From a virus (taxonomy: Duplodnaviria > Caudoviricetes): a stretch of DNA of 39,106 nucleotides. Of this stretch, positions 16,053 through 25,302 are shown one piece after another. Both the position numbers and the translations under genes were made by a program. The stretch's first letter is position 1; each line of letters starts with the position of its first letter. The notes under the pieces are model-generated. The model saw nothing but the letters and a program-made list of their open reading frames with translations, did not search any database and was not told the DNA's origin. The stretch is from positions 1 through 39,106 of the IMG/VR virus record IMGVR_UViG_3300037851_000969. The stretch is one strand, 5' to 3'.

Positions 16053-17443
16053 GCATTCTTGACAATCCAGAAACGCACCGCGCAATAGCTCTGAAGCACC
16101 GCGCCTTCTTCCACCAGTACTACCTTGACCCCGAACGCCTGCCGCCACCGCACCAGCTCGAGATGTTCCAGTTCATCGACAGCACGAACCTCGGCCTTAT
16201 TCTCGAGCCGAGAGGACACATCAAGACGACGACGGTCGGGTTCAGCCTGCCGATCCAGGAGATCTGCCGGGATGTGAACGTGAGGATTCTCATCGTGCAG
16301 AAGACGTCGGACGCAGCGAAGAAGACTGTCCGGCAGATTAGGGACGCTCTCAGCACGAATGCGAAGCTCCGACGGGACTTCCCCATCGTATTCGAGAAGG
16401 ACACGGAGCAGATGATCTACCTTCGCCGCACGAAGAACCTGCGCGACCCGACCATCGAAGCCGTCGGCACCGGCGGCGCGATCACGGGCGGGCACTTTGA
16501 CCTGATCATCTTCGACGATCCGGTGGACGAGGAGAATGTGAAGACGGCGTACCAGCGCGATCTCGTCAAGCAGTGGTTCTACGGCACGATCAACTTGCTC
16601 AAGGAGCCGTGGAGCCGGATCATCGGGATCGGGACGAGGAAGAACTACGCGGACTTGTACGCTGATATCAAGCGGAACCCGCTCTGGGCCGTGCTCGAGC
16701 GCAAGGCGATCATCAAGTATCCCATCTCGTGGGAGTTCGCCAAGAACCCTGAAGGACGCATCATCGGTATCGCGAATATCAAAGGAGAGCACGCCGTGCT
16801 CTGGCCAGCGAAGTGGCCGATCACCACTCTGCTCTTGGAGAAACAGAATATCGGCAGCTTGCTCTTCAACCGGGAGATGCAAAACGAGCCGCTCAGCGAC
16901 GAGGACAGTCCGTTTAAGTATGCGTGGCTCCAGTTCTACGACGAGCTCCCAGTGGATCTGAAAGGCCGGTGGGGCGCGGTGGACCCGGCAATCAGCCCGG
17001 ATAAGGGCGCGGATTTCTTCGCGCTTCTCACCATCGCGATTGATCGTCAGAACAACATCTACATCGAGCCGTACATCCACGATCATCTCACCTTCCCGGA
17101 GCAGGCCCGGACGGTCAGCACGGCCTTGCGACAGCGCGACTACGTCCGGTTCGGGATTGAGGCGAACGCCTACCAGATCGCCTTGCAGCAGCATTTGCAG
17201 ACACAGGAGGTCCGGCCGATCGTCCCGATCAAGAACACGCGTAGCAAAGAAGAGCGAATCCTCAGCCTGGCGCCGTATTTTGAGAGCAAACGTGTCTTCC
17301 TGCGCAAGGATATGCACGCGCTGATCGAGCAGTACGTCCAGTTCCCGAAGAGCGAGCACGACGACTTGCTGGACGCGCTCGAGATGGCGGTCCGGCTCGC
17401 GGTTGGTGAACCTCGAGGAACAGCAGCTTTTAAACTCATTTGA
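16049..17443 (+). CDS. terL: Terminase large subunit
   Basis: PHQ adenine motif, PRGHIKTT Walker A, ITGGHFDLIIFDD Walker B, IGTR, nuclease AVDPA, GIEANAYQ, HDDLLDALE. Confidence 0.95.
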   Translation: MSILDNPETHRAIALKHRAFFHQYYLDPERLPPPHQLEMFQFIDSTNLGLILEPRGHIKTTTVGFSLPIQEICRDVNVRILIVQKTSDAAKKTVRQIRDALSTNAKLRRDFPIVFEKDTEQMIYLRRTKNLRDPTIEAVGTGGAITGGHFDLIIFDDPVDEENVKTAYQRDLVKQWFYGTINLLKEPWSRIIGIGTRKNYADLYADIKRNPLWAVLERKAIIKYPISWEFAKNPEGRIIGIANIKGEHAVLWPAKWPITTLLLEKQNIGSLLFNREMQNEPLSDEDSPFKYAWLQFYDELPVDLKGRWGAVDPAISPDKGADFFALLTIAIDRQNNIYIEPYIHDHLTFPEQARTVSTALRQRDYVRFGIEANAYQIALQQHLQTQEVRPIVPIKNTRSKEERILSLAPYFESKRVFLRKDMHALIEQYVQFPKSEHDDLLDALEMAVRLAVGEPRGTAAFKLI

Positions 17444-17453
17444 ATGATTGAAG

Positions 17454-17476
17454 AATGGAGGATTGATCCACGATGG
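17454..17476 (+). repeat. 23-nt dispersed repeat covering RBS and start codon (copy 1; copy 2 at 38416-38438)
   Basis: AATGGAGGATTGATCCACGATGG vs AATGGAGGATTGATGCACGATGG, 22/23 identical. Confidence 0.8.
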
Positions 17477-17706
17477 CGATGCACTTAGTCGTGAAATACC
17501 TGGAAGAGCACCGAGGCGTCGGGTTCACGGTCGAACAGCTCGCGGCCGTCTTTGGCGAGTCAGAGCAGTCGATGCGGAACAAGGTGAGCCGGATGAGGCA
17601 GCATCCTGCGTACCGGGAGAAATTCACCACGTTCTACCGGAAAGAATCCGGTACTGAACGCGCCTACCTGGCTTGCGGCGAGGAACTTCCTGGCAGAACC
17701 TTATAA
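17473..17706 (+). CDS. Small winged-helix DNA-binding protein
   Basis: VVKYLEEHRGVGFTVEQLAAVFGESEQSMRNKVSRM followed by a beta hairpin. Confidence 0.7.
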   Translation: MAMHLVVKYLEEHRGVGFTVEQLAAVFGESEQSMRNKVSRMRQHPAYREKFTTFYRKESGTERAYLACGEELPGRTL

Positions 17707-17715
17707 TATTTAAAC
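17700..17715 (+). promoter_or_regulatory. TATA-like late promoter candidate
   Basis: CTTATAATATTTAAAC; TTTAAA lies about 27 nt before the portal ATG, which has no clear RBS (leaderless spacing). Confidence 0.55.
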
Positions 17716-17740
17716 AATGATTGCCCTTCAACGCGCGTAG

Positions 17741-19822
17741 ATGGGCCTTCGCACCGCAATCGTCGACGCTATTAGTGCAGTCACTCTCGCCACGAAAGAA
17801 CGTCTCTTTAAATTTCGTGGCCGCACGAGCCTCTTCAGCTACACGCATCAGCGCTACTGGCTGGACAGCAGCCGGATCACGATCGACGTTCTGGACGAGC
17901 TGTACGAGCGCAACGGTCTCGCGCACAATGTCGTCGACCTTCTCGCGGATAAAAGCTTCAACAAATGGTGCGAATACCATAGTGATGACTCGAGCGTCGC
18001 CGAGACGCTCGAGCACTTGTGCGAGAAGAAGCCATACGAAGTGCGCAAGAAGCTCAAGGAAGCATTCAAGTTGAAATGGCGGCACGGGTACAGCCTGCTC
18101 ATTATTGGGTACAAGGACGCAGGGGAAGATTTGAGCCAGCCGGTGAAGAAACCGCTCGGCATCACCGCGATCGAAGTCGTCGGGAAGCGGGCCGTCAAAG
18201 AATTCTTGTACGAGGACCAGTTCCGCAAAGGCGGCGAGATTATTGGCGTCAAGCTGAACCAGAGCTATCTCGGCAGCGAAGGCGACCTGGAAGTGCACGC
18301 GAGCCGGTTCATCATCATCGGCGACACGCGAGAACAAGGAGTCCTCTTCCCCGCGTACAACTGGCTGAACGTATTCGACAATATCATCTGGGCGATGGGG
18401 CAGAGCTTCTGGCGCTACGCGTCCGGCTTCCCATTCCTCCAGATCGACAAAGCAACACCTGACGAGCTGAAAGAAGCGCAGGAGCTCTGGGAGAACGTCA
18501 CCGCGCGGAGCGGCTTCGTCGGAACGGAACGCCACAAGCTCGACTTCCTCGGCGCGAACGGCCGCGCACTTCCCGTCAAGGACTACTTCGACGCGGGTCT
18601 TCGTTCGTGCGCCATCTCGATGGGCGTCCCGTTCGCGCTGATTGAGGGTGCGCACGCCGGGGCAGTCACGGGAAGCGAGACGAACAGCGGCGAGTTGTAC
18701 GACAAGATCGCCGCGATTCAGGAAACGGAGATCGAGCCAATCCTGCACGACCTCTTTGCGCGCTTCGCTGCCGTGGACTTGTTCGACGAGGATTCTGAGT
18801 ACGAGATCTCGTGGGTGCCGCTCTGGCAGCTCGACGAGAAGGAACGCGCAGAGGTTGAGAAGCTCCACGCCGAAACCGACCTGTTGCGTCTCCAGGCTGG
18901 CGTGGTGAGTAAGAACGAAGTGCGCCGCGCGCGAGGCCTGCGTCTCTCCGACCCGGACGAGGAGTATGACATCCCCTGTGGTGACGAGTACGTCGCGATT
19001 CCGACTGGTGCGGTGGCAACAATGCCCCCTCTCAACACTCAAACCGCAGCGACGACGAGGAACGATGTCGTTGCCATCCGCACCCAAACTATCACGCTGA
19101 GCAGGCTCGAGGACAACAACGAACTCGAAGCGCACATCTCCTCGGCGGTGGCGAAGCTCTCCGGGCTCATCAACTACGACGCGCTCATCAAAGCGATCGA
19201 CGCGCTCACAGCGAAACAACGCACTGACGACGATCAGGCGGAGTTCCTCGCGAAGGTGGACGTAATCATTGACAGCAACCTCGCGGACGCTCGCGAAGCG
19301 ACGGACTTCATCATCGACCAAAGCTGGGTGATGGGGGCTGACAGCGCGAAATCAATCCTTGGTGTCGAGCTCACGCTCAGCGCGCAAGCACTCCTACGCA
19401 AGGGCGAGCTGAAAAGCGCCGTGTTCGAGATCGTGAAAGGACTGAACGGGGATGTGAAGCGGCAGCTACGCAACACCCTCCTGGACGAGCTGCAGAAAGT
19501 CGAAGGCACCGACTTGACCAGCGTGAAGAACGCCCTGAAAGAAACCCTCACCGATTTGCAGGAAACGCTCCCTGAGACCCGTCTCCGAACGATCGCGCGC
19601 ACCGAGAGCAACCGAGCCTTCACGGACGCGAGCCAGCGCGTCTACCAAGAAGCAGGCGTCAAGCAATGGCAGTGGATCACAGCGCGGGACGATCGCGTCA
19701 GGCCAGACCACGCACGCAACGAAGGACACATCCGCCGGATCGGAGAACTGTTCCCGAGCGGTCACAGCAAGCCGCCTGCCGGGCCGAACTGCCGGTGCGA
19801 CGTCATCCCAGTCGTGGAGTGA
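17741..19822 (+). CDS. Portal protein (DUF1073-like) fused to an SPP1 gp7/Mu gpF head morphogenesis domain
   Basis: LYERNGLAHNVVD, GVPFALIEG..AG...GSE, EISWVPLWQLDEKERAE, NEVR; C-terminal RTIARTE, WQWITARDDRVRPDH, PNCRC. Confidence 0.9.
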   Translation: MGLRTAIVDAISAVTLATKERLFKFRGRTSLFSYTHQRYWLDSSRITIDVLDELYERNGLAHNVVDLLADKSFNKWCEYHSDDSSVAETLEHLCEKKPYEVRKKLKEAFKLKWRHGYSLLIIGYKDAGEDLSQPVKKPLGITAIEVVGKRAVKEFLYEDQFRKGGEIIGVKLNQSYLGSEGDLEVHASRFIIIGDTREQGVLFPAYNWLNVFDNIIWAMGQSFWRYASGFPFLQIDKATPDELKEAQELWENVTARSGFVGTERHKLDFLGANGRALPVKDYFDAGLRSCAISMGVPFALIEGAHAGAVTGSETNSGELYDKIAAIQETEIEPILHDLFARFAAVDLFDEDSEYEISWVPLWQLDEKERAEVEKLHAETDLLRLQAGVVSKNEVRRARGLRLSDPDEEYDIPCGDEYVAIPTGAVATMPPLNTQTAATTRNDVVAIRTQTITLSRLEDNNELEAHISSAVAKLSGLINYDALIKAIDALTAKQRTDDDQAEFLAKVDVIIDSNLADAREATDFIIDQSWVMGADSAKSILGVELTLSAQALLRKGELKSAVFEIVKGLNGDVKRQLRNTLLDELQKVEGTDLTSVKNALKETLTDLQETLPETRLRTIARTESNRAFTDASQRVYQEAGVKQWQWITARDDRVRPDHARNEGHIRRIGELFPSGHSKPPAGPNCRCDVIPVVE

Positions 19823-19830
19823 AGAACCCT

Positions 19831-20022
19831 ATGGAAACGTACCCGATCGACCCGAAAACGCTCAGCCAGGCGTGCGACGCCGTGATAGACGCGCTCGAAC
19901 CGTACCACCCGAGCGTCAAGATCGCCGCGCTGCACACGCTCATCGACACGTTCCCGGAAACGTACCTCATCGCGGAGACGACGATCAGGAAACAGCAGAT
20001 TGGAAGCAGAGGTGCCCTTTGA
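19831..20022 (+). CDS. Small hypothetical protein
   Basis: 63 aa filling the gap between portal and protease; stop overlaps the next TTG. Confidence 0.55.
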   Translation: METYPIDPKTLSQACDAVIDALEPYHPSVKIAALHTLIDTFPETYLIAETTIRKQQIGSRGAL

Positions 20023-21164
20023 ACAAGCTGATGCTCATCGAGAAGGTTAAGACGCGCGTCCGTGAAGGACGAGTTGACCAGGAACCGTTCCGGTACGCGG
20101 ACGTGGTGAGCGTGGACGTGCCGAACCTCAAAGTCGACTACCTGCACGACGATGTCATCCTCGTGCACGATGTCCCGATCACGAAGGCCGGGGTGCAAGC
20201 GTACGGTGACGGGCGATACCTGAAGAGTGTTGATGCATTGCGCGGACTCGCTCCCCAATATACCCCGGTGAGCATCAGCCATCCGGACCGGTTCTTCAGC
20301 GAGAAGAACGACGACGAGTTCCTCCGAGATCTCGTCGGGTATCAGGGCGACCACTACTTCGATGAGGACCTGAAGAAGAACTACGCGAACTTGTACCTCT
20401 TCGCCGACAAGCTCTCCGAGACGGTGCAAGGCAAGATCATTCTCGACCGGCTCAAGGCGAAGAAGAGCATCGACGTGAGTATCGGGTTTATGGTCGAAGC
20501 CGTCCCAGAAAAAGGCGATTATGACGGTGAGTCGTACGATTTCCGCGACACAAAAATCGACATCGACCACACTGCCCTCCTCCCGTCAGAAGTCGGGCGC
20601 TGGAGCTACCCGGACGGGGTCGGCATCGGCGCGGATCACGCTCCCGCACGCGACGCGTGCAGCGAGAAAACAGACGAGGTGCAGCGAATGAGCGATGAAA
20701 CGACCGCTCAGAAGCCCACCGAGGACGAGAAGCGCACGGACGAGCAAGCCGCGCCTGTCCAGGACGCCGCGAAGGCGCTCGAGGATGTGAAGAAGGAGCT
20801 CGCCGACGCGCAGAAAGCCCTCGAGGACTTCAGGGCGAAGGAACAGGCGCGTCTCGATGCGGAAGCGAAAGCTGACGCTGCGGCACGCGACCAACTCGCA
20901 GACAGTCTCACCGCCAAGCTCTGGAAGGGCAAGGACGAGGCGTCAGCGACTGAGTTCCGGACGTTCTGCCAGCGGCTCGACCGTGCAGGCCTGAATTACC
21001 TGTCAGGACTCCTGGATGCGGCCGTCGTGCGAGACAACCGGCTCATCGTGCCGATCGAGCCCCGCGAGGACGTCGGCCGAGCGAAGAACAACGACAGACT
21101 CTCCCAAGCGCGTGCGAAGCAGCGTGAGCTGATCGACAAGGCGCAGGGCAAGAAGAACGAGTAG
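20019..21164 (+). CDS. DUF2213-type prohead protease with C-terminal scaffold
   Basis: VPITKAGVQAY, PVSISHP, VSIGF, GDYDGESYD, DHTALL..EVGR, then an acidic coiled coil; start TTG 20019 or ATG 20031. Confidence 0.85.
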   Translation: MNKLMLIEKVKTRVREGRVDQEPFRYADVVSVDVPNLKVDYLHDDVILVHDVPITKAGVQAYGDGRYLKSVDALRGLAPQYTPVSISHPDRFFSEKNDDEFLRDLVGYQGDHYFDEDLKKNYANLYLFADKLSETVQGKIILDRLKAKKSIDVSIGFMVEAVPEKGDYDGESYDFRDTKIDIDHTALLPSEVGRWSYPDGVGIGADHAPARDACSEKTDEVQRMSDETTAQKPTEDEKRTDEQAAPVQDAAKALEDVKKELADAQKALEDFRAKEQARLDAEAKADAAARDQLADSLTAKLWKGKDEASATEFRTFCQRLDRAGLNYLSGLLDAAVVRDNRLIVPIEPREDVGRAKNNDRLSQARAKQRELIDKAQGKKNE

Positions 21165-21176
21165 AGGTGACCAACT

Positions 21177-21614
21177 ATGGCGACCTTCAACCTGCTCGTG
21201 GGCGGCCCGAAAGGCGCTGAGCTCACGAAGAAGGCAGACGGGATCGTCCTGATGGGCGCTCTCGTCGTCAAGGGGACGGCGAGCGGCGACGTCAAGGAAG
21301 CAACGAGCGCGACGGAAGTACCGTATGCAGTCGCGCTTGTGGATGAGCGCATCGCGCGCGAGAACGAGAGCGCTGGAGCGAGCGTGTTCCAGTACGCTGA
21401 CAACCAACAGGCCCGGATTATGACCCTCTGCGACGGTCAGGTCCTCAACCTGAAGGCGGTCGGCAGCGTCTCAGAGAACGAGACTGTCATCGCGCACAGC
21501 GACGGCAGCGTCGCAACCGGAACGGGCAACCTCGTCGTTGGCCGTGCCCTGGAAGCGATCACCGACGGCAGCCGTGGCCAGGTTGTGATCCAACTGGCTG
21601 CGAGAACCACGTAG
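21177..21614 (+). CDS. Capsid decoration/cement protein
   Basis: Small Gly/Ala/Val-rich beta protein between scaffold and capsid; VVGRALEAITDG. Confidence 0.75.
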   Translation: MATFNLLVGGPKGAELTKKADGIVLMGALVVKGTASGDVKEATSATEVPYAVALVDERIARENESAGASVFQYADNQQARIMTLCDGQVLNLKAVGSVSENETVIAHSDGSVATGTGNLVVGRALEAITDGSRGQVVIQLAARTT

Positions 21615-21623
21615 GAGGTGAGA

Positions 21624-22505
21624 ATGATGATGGACCAAAACGTCAAGGCAGACAGCGTCCGAACTCGCCTCCAGGACAGCGTATTCCTTCAGAAGGAAGA
21701 GTACGCGTACATCCTCCAGGAGGTCATCGAGACGCCGATCGGCGCGAACAACCTGATCGGGGCGTTCCCGATCGAGGACGGCGTGGACCCATTCCAGACG
21801 TACTACGAGTACACGAAGCTGGACAAGTACGGGAACGCGACGGAGAGCGACGTGCCCGGCGATGCCGACGCCATCACGGTGAACGGCAGCAAGGTGCGCG
21901 TGGCGATCCCGTTCTACCACGCGGACTTCACCGTGAGTGAGTTCGACCTGAACACTTCGCGTCGCCTCGGCACGAAGCTGGACGCGGTGATGGCTCGCGC
22001 AGCGGCGGAGAAGGTGAACACAGCCTTGAACGAGGCGCTGTGGAACAAGAGCAGCGTGTTCGGCACGCTCGGCGCGTACGGCCTCTTCACCGGGACCGCG
22101 AGCGCGGCGACTGAGTGGACGAGTGCGAGCGCGGAGAGCATCTTCAACGATGTGAACTCCTGGCTCAGCGCCATCCCCGAGGCGTACCAGAGCGACCAGA
22201 ACGTGCTCATCTTGAATCAGACCCAGTACTTCGAGATGGGCAAGGCGAACACGTACGGCCTGAGTGCGAGGAAGATGCTCCAGGAGGCTTACCCCGGCCT
22301 GCGCATCCTCTTCAACAAGCAGGTCACCGCGACGTACGGCCTCATCTACCCGTTCAGGAAGGATGTCGTGCACCTCGTGCTCGGATTCCCCCTCACCACG
22401 GTGGAATGGGATGTGAAGCGCTTCGAAGCGCGGTACAAGGTGCTGCGGTCGGCGCGCCTCGTCGTCGTCACCCCGGCGGCAGGCATCAAGCTGAGTGGCT
22501 TGTAG
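21624..22505 (+). CDS. Major capsid protein (HK97 fold, DUF2184/encapsulin-like type)
   Basis: Position, about 293 aa, GGAGGTGA RBS; F..SEFDL.TSRRLG.KLDA.MARAA...LNEALW...YGL. Confidence 0.85.
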   Translation: MMMDQNVKADSVRTRLQDSVFLQKEEYAYILQEVIETPIGANNLIGAFPIEDGVDPFQTYYEYTKLDKYGNATESDVPGDADAITVNGSKVRVAIPFYHADFTVSEFDLNTSRRLGTKLDAVMARAAAEKVNTALNEALWNKSSVFGTLGAYGLFTGTASAATEWTSASAESIFNDVNSWLSAIPEAYQSDQNVLILNQTQYFEMGKANTYGLSARKMLQEAYPGLRILFNKQVTATYGLIYPFRKDVVHLVLGFPLTTVEWDVKRFEARYKVLRSARLVVVTPAAGIKLSGL

Positions 22506-22526
22506 GCTTTCCGAGGGGAGGAAACA

Positions 22527-22544
22527 TTTTTTTCAATCTTTTTT
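22527..22544 (+). terminator. Tandem oligo-T terminator after the capsid gene
   Basis: T7-CAATC-T6. Confidence 0.65.
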
Positions 22545-22571
22545 CATATGAGCATTGAGAGGTCCATCCTG

Positions 22572-22859
22572 ATGTCCGGAACCTACCTGTTCCTCCACCC
22601 AGTCCCCCTCACACCGTGCTGGTTGAACGACATCGGATTTCACGCTCGCGCCGGGGACACGATCACGATCACCGAGCAGCAAGAAGCCGATCCGCGAGTC
22701 CAAGCACTCCTCAAAGCCTCTGGCAACCAGGCGCTCGCGCGGCTCGAGCGCGTCGTCACGACGGCCGAGCTCGCACAACCGATTCCTGCGCGCCCGTCTG
22801 AAATTCCAAAATCGACTCCTCGCTCTGCTTTGAGTCCTTCAAAACGGAGGAAGACGTAA
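22572..22859 (+). CDS. Hypothetical head-associated protein
   Basis: Directly after the capsid gene; GAGGT RBS; low-complexity basic tail. Confidence 0.55.
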   Translation: MSGTYLFLHPVPLTPCWLNDIGFHARAGDTITITEQQEADPRVQALLKASGNQALARLERVVTTAELAQPIPARPSEIPKSTPRSALSPSKRRKT

Positions 22860-22861
22860 AG

Positions 22862-23269
22862 ATGAGCACGGAAACCACGACACCCACAGCTGGGGAAGCC
22901 CGAGACCTCCTCGGCCTGAACGAGGACGCGCTGAGCGACTCGAAATTCACCACGTTCCTCAGCATCGCCCGCCGCGAAGTGACGAACACGAACGACCACA
23001 ACGCGCTCCTCTACTACGCGTGCTGGAAGATCGCGCAAGGAGCCGCGTGGAGCCACGTCACGAGGATGGGCGAACAAAGCTACAGCGCCCCCGACCCGGA
23101 GATATGGAAGGAAGCATACGTTCGCCGATGCCAAGAACTCAACGTCACCCCGATCAGCACGGGCGCAAGCGTCCGACTCCGCAAGGTGCACAGCGAACGC
23201 GACGACTACCCGGAGAACTGGAGCGAGAGCGAGACCGACACTGACTACGTCGAAGGCGAGGACTGGTGA
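22862..23269 (+). CDS. Head-tail adaptor, putative
   Basis: Synteny; helical N-terminus ARDLLGL...ALLYYACWKI, then RMGEQSYS. Confidence 0.65.
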   Translation: MSTETTTPTAGEARDLLGLNEDALSDSKFTTFLSIARREVTNTNDHNALLYYACWKIAQGAAWSHVTRMGEQSYSAPDPEIWKEAYVRRCQELNVTPISTGASVRLRKVHSERDDYPENWSESETDTDYVEGEDW

Positions 23270-23276
23270 GGATCAA

Positions 23277-23606
23277 GTGGTGTTCATCCCGTACGGGAAA
23301 GGCGAGCACGCGGTGAACGACGCGGGCCAGGAGATCGACATCTACGACGACTCCGGCATCGTCACGACCGTGCGCGCAGTCATCCGCACCGTGGACGAAA
23401 CAAAACAAGCACTCACGAAGACGGGCGTCCGGCCTGCCGTTGATCTCGTCGCGTACGTGGCGAGCAGCGTCACCGTCCAGCGAGGCTGGAAGGTCGTCTG
23501 GAACAGCACGCAATACGAAGTCAGCCAGGTCGAAGACCAGCACAATGACACGCTCCGCCTCGGACTGGTGGAGCAAGCACGCGGCGGGGTGAACTTGACC
23601 ACGTGA
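23277..23606 (+). CDS. Head closure (stopper) protein, putative
   Basis: Synteny; beta-rich VQRGWKVVWNSTQYEVSQVED. Confidence 0.65.
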   Translation: MVFIPYGKGEHAVNDAGQEIDIYDDSGIVTTVRAVIRTVDETKQALTKTGVRPAVDLVAYVASSVTVQRGWKVVWNSTQYEVSQVEDQHNDTLRLGLVEQARGGVNLTT

Positions 23607-23926
23607 TCCGCACGAACGCGAAGACGGTCAGCCTCCAGTGGGAAGCGAAGCGTCGAAGCCTGCTCAAAGCCGCGCAGGCGATCGTGCAGAACGCGACATT
23701 CAAGCTCACTGCCGAAGCCAAGAAAGAAAGCCCGGTCAGGACTGGGTTCCTGCGTAAGAGCATCAACGCGGAGATCGGCCCGTTCCGAGGAAGGGTCCAA
23801 GCGTCCGCCTCGTACGCGGGGTACGTGCACGACGGGACGAGGCACCAGGCGCCGAACCCGTTCCTGAGCCGCGCCCGTGCCACGACAGTGAACTGGTTGC
23901 GCGGGCAGCGCATCAAGATCGAGTAA
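23603..23926 (+). CDS. HK97 gp10-like neck/tail completion protein
   Basis: SPVRTGFLRKSI...YAGYVHDGTRHQAPNPFL. Confidence 0.88.
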   Translation: MIRTNAKTVSLQWEAKRRSLLKAAQAIVQNATFKLTAEAKKESPVRTGFLRKSINAEIGPFRGRVQASASYAGYVHDGTRHQAPNPFLSRARATTVNWLRGQRIKIE

Positions 23927-23949
23927 AACCGTCGAAACCGTTTTAAACC
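23927..23949 (+). promoter_or_regulatory. TATA-like promoter candidate for tail genes
   Basis: GAAACCG-TTTTAAAC about 34 nt upstream of ATG 23981. Confidence 0.4.
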
Positions 23950-23980
23950 ATCCGAGCGCCAGTGGGTGCAGAGGAAGAGA

Positions 23981-24508
23981 ATGGCCCTGTACGAAGTCAC
24001 CGATGCGATCAAGGCGGTCCGGAACGTGATCCAGGATTCGACCGAGAACCCATACACGAGCAGCAGCTCGTACGGGAGCAGCACGAAGTACGTCTTCTTC
24101 TTCAGCAAGAAACCCGCAGGCGCAACACCGTCAGCAACGGAGAGGCGCGCCCTCGTGAGCCGCGAACGAGATCTCCCAATCATCCTGGACTTGACACTCA
24201 TCAACGACCTCCCACTCGTTAACGTGCAGAAACGACACGAACTCACCGTCCTCGTGCGGTGCTTTGTCAGAGCAGACACGTACGCGACGTTCAACGGCGA
24301 GAACAAGGAAGCGCACGAGCTCGCCATCGAGAAGCTCAACGAGGTTAAATACAAGCTCGAGACGGACGCGAGCATCAGAACAACGCTCGCGAATGCAGGA
24401 CTCATCCTGCGACGGATCGGGCTCGGAGGACTGCGCCCAGTCGAGACTGATGGCCAGGATTTCGGCTACGCGTTCGAGCTCACGCTCTGGCGCGCCAGCA
24501 GAACGTAG
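23981..24508 (+). CDS. Tail terminator protein, putative
   Basis: Synteny between the gp10-like gene and tail tube; GAGG RBS. Confidence 0.6.
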   Translation: MALYEVTDAIKAVRNVIQDSTENPYTSSSSYGSSTKYVFFFSKKPAGATPSATERRALVSRERDLPIILDLTLINDLPLVNVQKRHELTVLVRCFVRADTYATFNGENKEAHELAIEKLNEVKYKLETDASIRTTLANAGLILRRIGLGGLRPVETDGQDFGYAFELTLWRASRT

Positions 24509-24546
24509 AACGGGTCAACGAGAGCGACAAGCTGAGGTGAACAAGA

Positions 24547-25068
24547 ATGGCGGATCGAACGGTCGTCCAGGAAGCGATCCTGGCGGAAGAAACGATTTTC
24601 AAGCTGCGACGGAACGGGCAGACCGACTACAGCATCCTCACGGATGTGATCGACGAGACGGTCAGCTTCACCCCGGAAGGCGGCGAGACAAAGAGCTACA
24701 AGGCGATCAGCGGGAAGAGCATCGACATCCCAACGAAGATCTCGATGTTCACCACCCAATTCGCAATGTGGATGCACACGACGGACATCGAAGTCCTGAA
24801 AGGCGCTTTCGGCAACCCGACCATCACCGGCACGGGCCCCTACACGCACACGTTCAACCCGGAGACGATTAGCCAACAGATGGACGTGTACATCGAAGGG
24901 CTGCGCTACGGAAACACGGCGCAGAAAGTGACGATCACAGGAAGCGCCTCGAGCATCAAGTTCGACAGCCTCGACATCGAGAAGGAAGGCCTGATGAAGT
25001 TCCGATGCACGATCAAGATCCCGTCGCAGAACTTCGACCTCGCAGTCGTGAACAGCACGAGCCTGTGA
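24547..25068 (+). CDS. Major tail tube protein, putative
   Basis: GAGGTGA RBS; beta-rich, GTGPYTHTF; precedes chaperone and tape measure. Confidence 0.7.
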   Translation: MADRTVVQEAILAEETIFKLRRNGQTDYSILTDVIDETVSFTPEGGETKSYKAISGKSIDIPTKISMFTTQFAMWMHTTDIEVLKGAFGNPTITGTGPYTHTFNPETISQQMDVYIEGLRYGNTAQKVTITGSASSIKFDSLDIEKEGLMKFRCTIKIPSQNFDLAVVNSTSL

Positions 25069-25083
25069 GCCTGGTGACTGACG

Positions 25084-25302
25084 ATGCGACCGGGTCCTGA
25101 AGAATTCGTAAAGCTCAGCATCGACGGCGTCAAGCTGCGAGACGCGGAACGCTTCGACGAGCTCGCCCGCCGGATCTTCCCTGACGCTCAGAACCCGCGC
25201 AGAAACCTTTTTTATAACTGTTTATGGCTCGCCAGGGCCATTCGAGAACTATCTGCACCGCCAGTGCACGGAGATGATAATGATGAAACCAGCACCGAAT
25301 AA
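25084..25302 (+). CDS. Small putative DNA-binding (RHH-like) protein
   Basis: KLSIDGV...AERFDELARR; GGTGA RBS. Confidence 0.45.
   Translation: MRPGPEEFVKLSIDGVKLRDAERFDELARRIFPDAQNPRRNLFYNCLWLARAIRELSAPPVHGDDNDETSTE

Noticed and set aside
21624-22505. Encapsulin nanocompartment
   Set aside because: The encapsulin-like protein sits in a complete head-tail operon with terminase and portal, so it is the viral capsid protein
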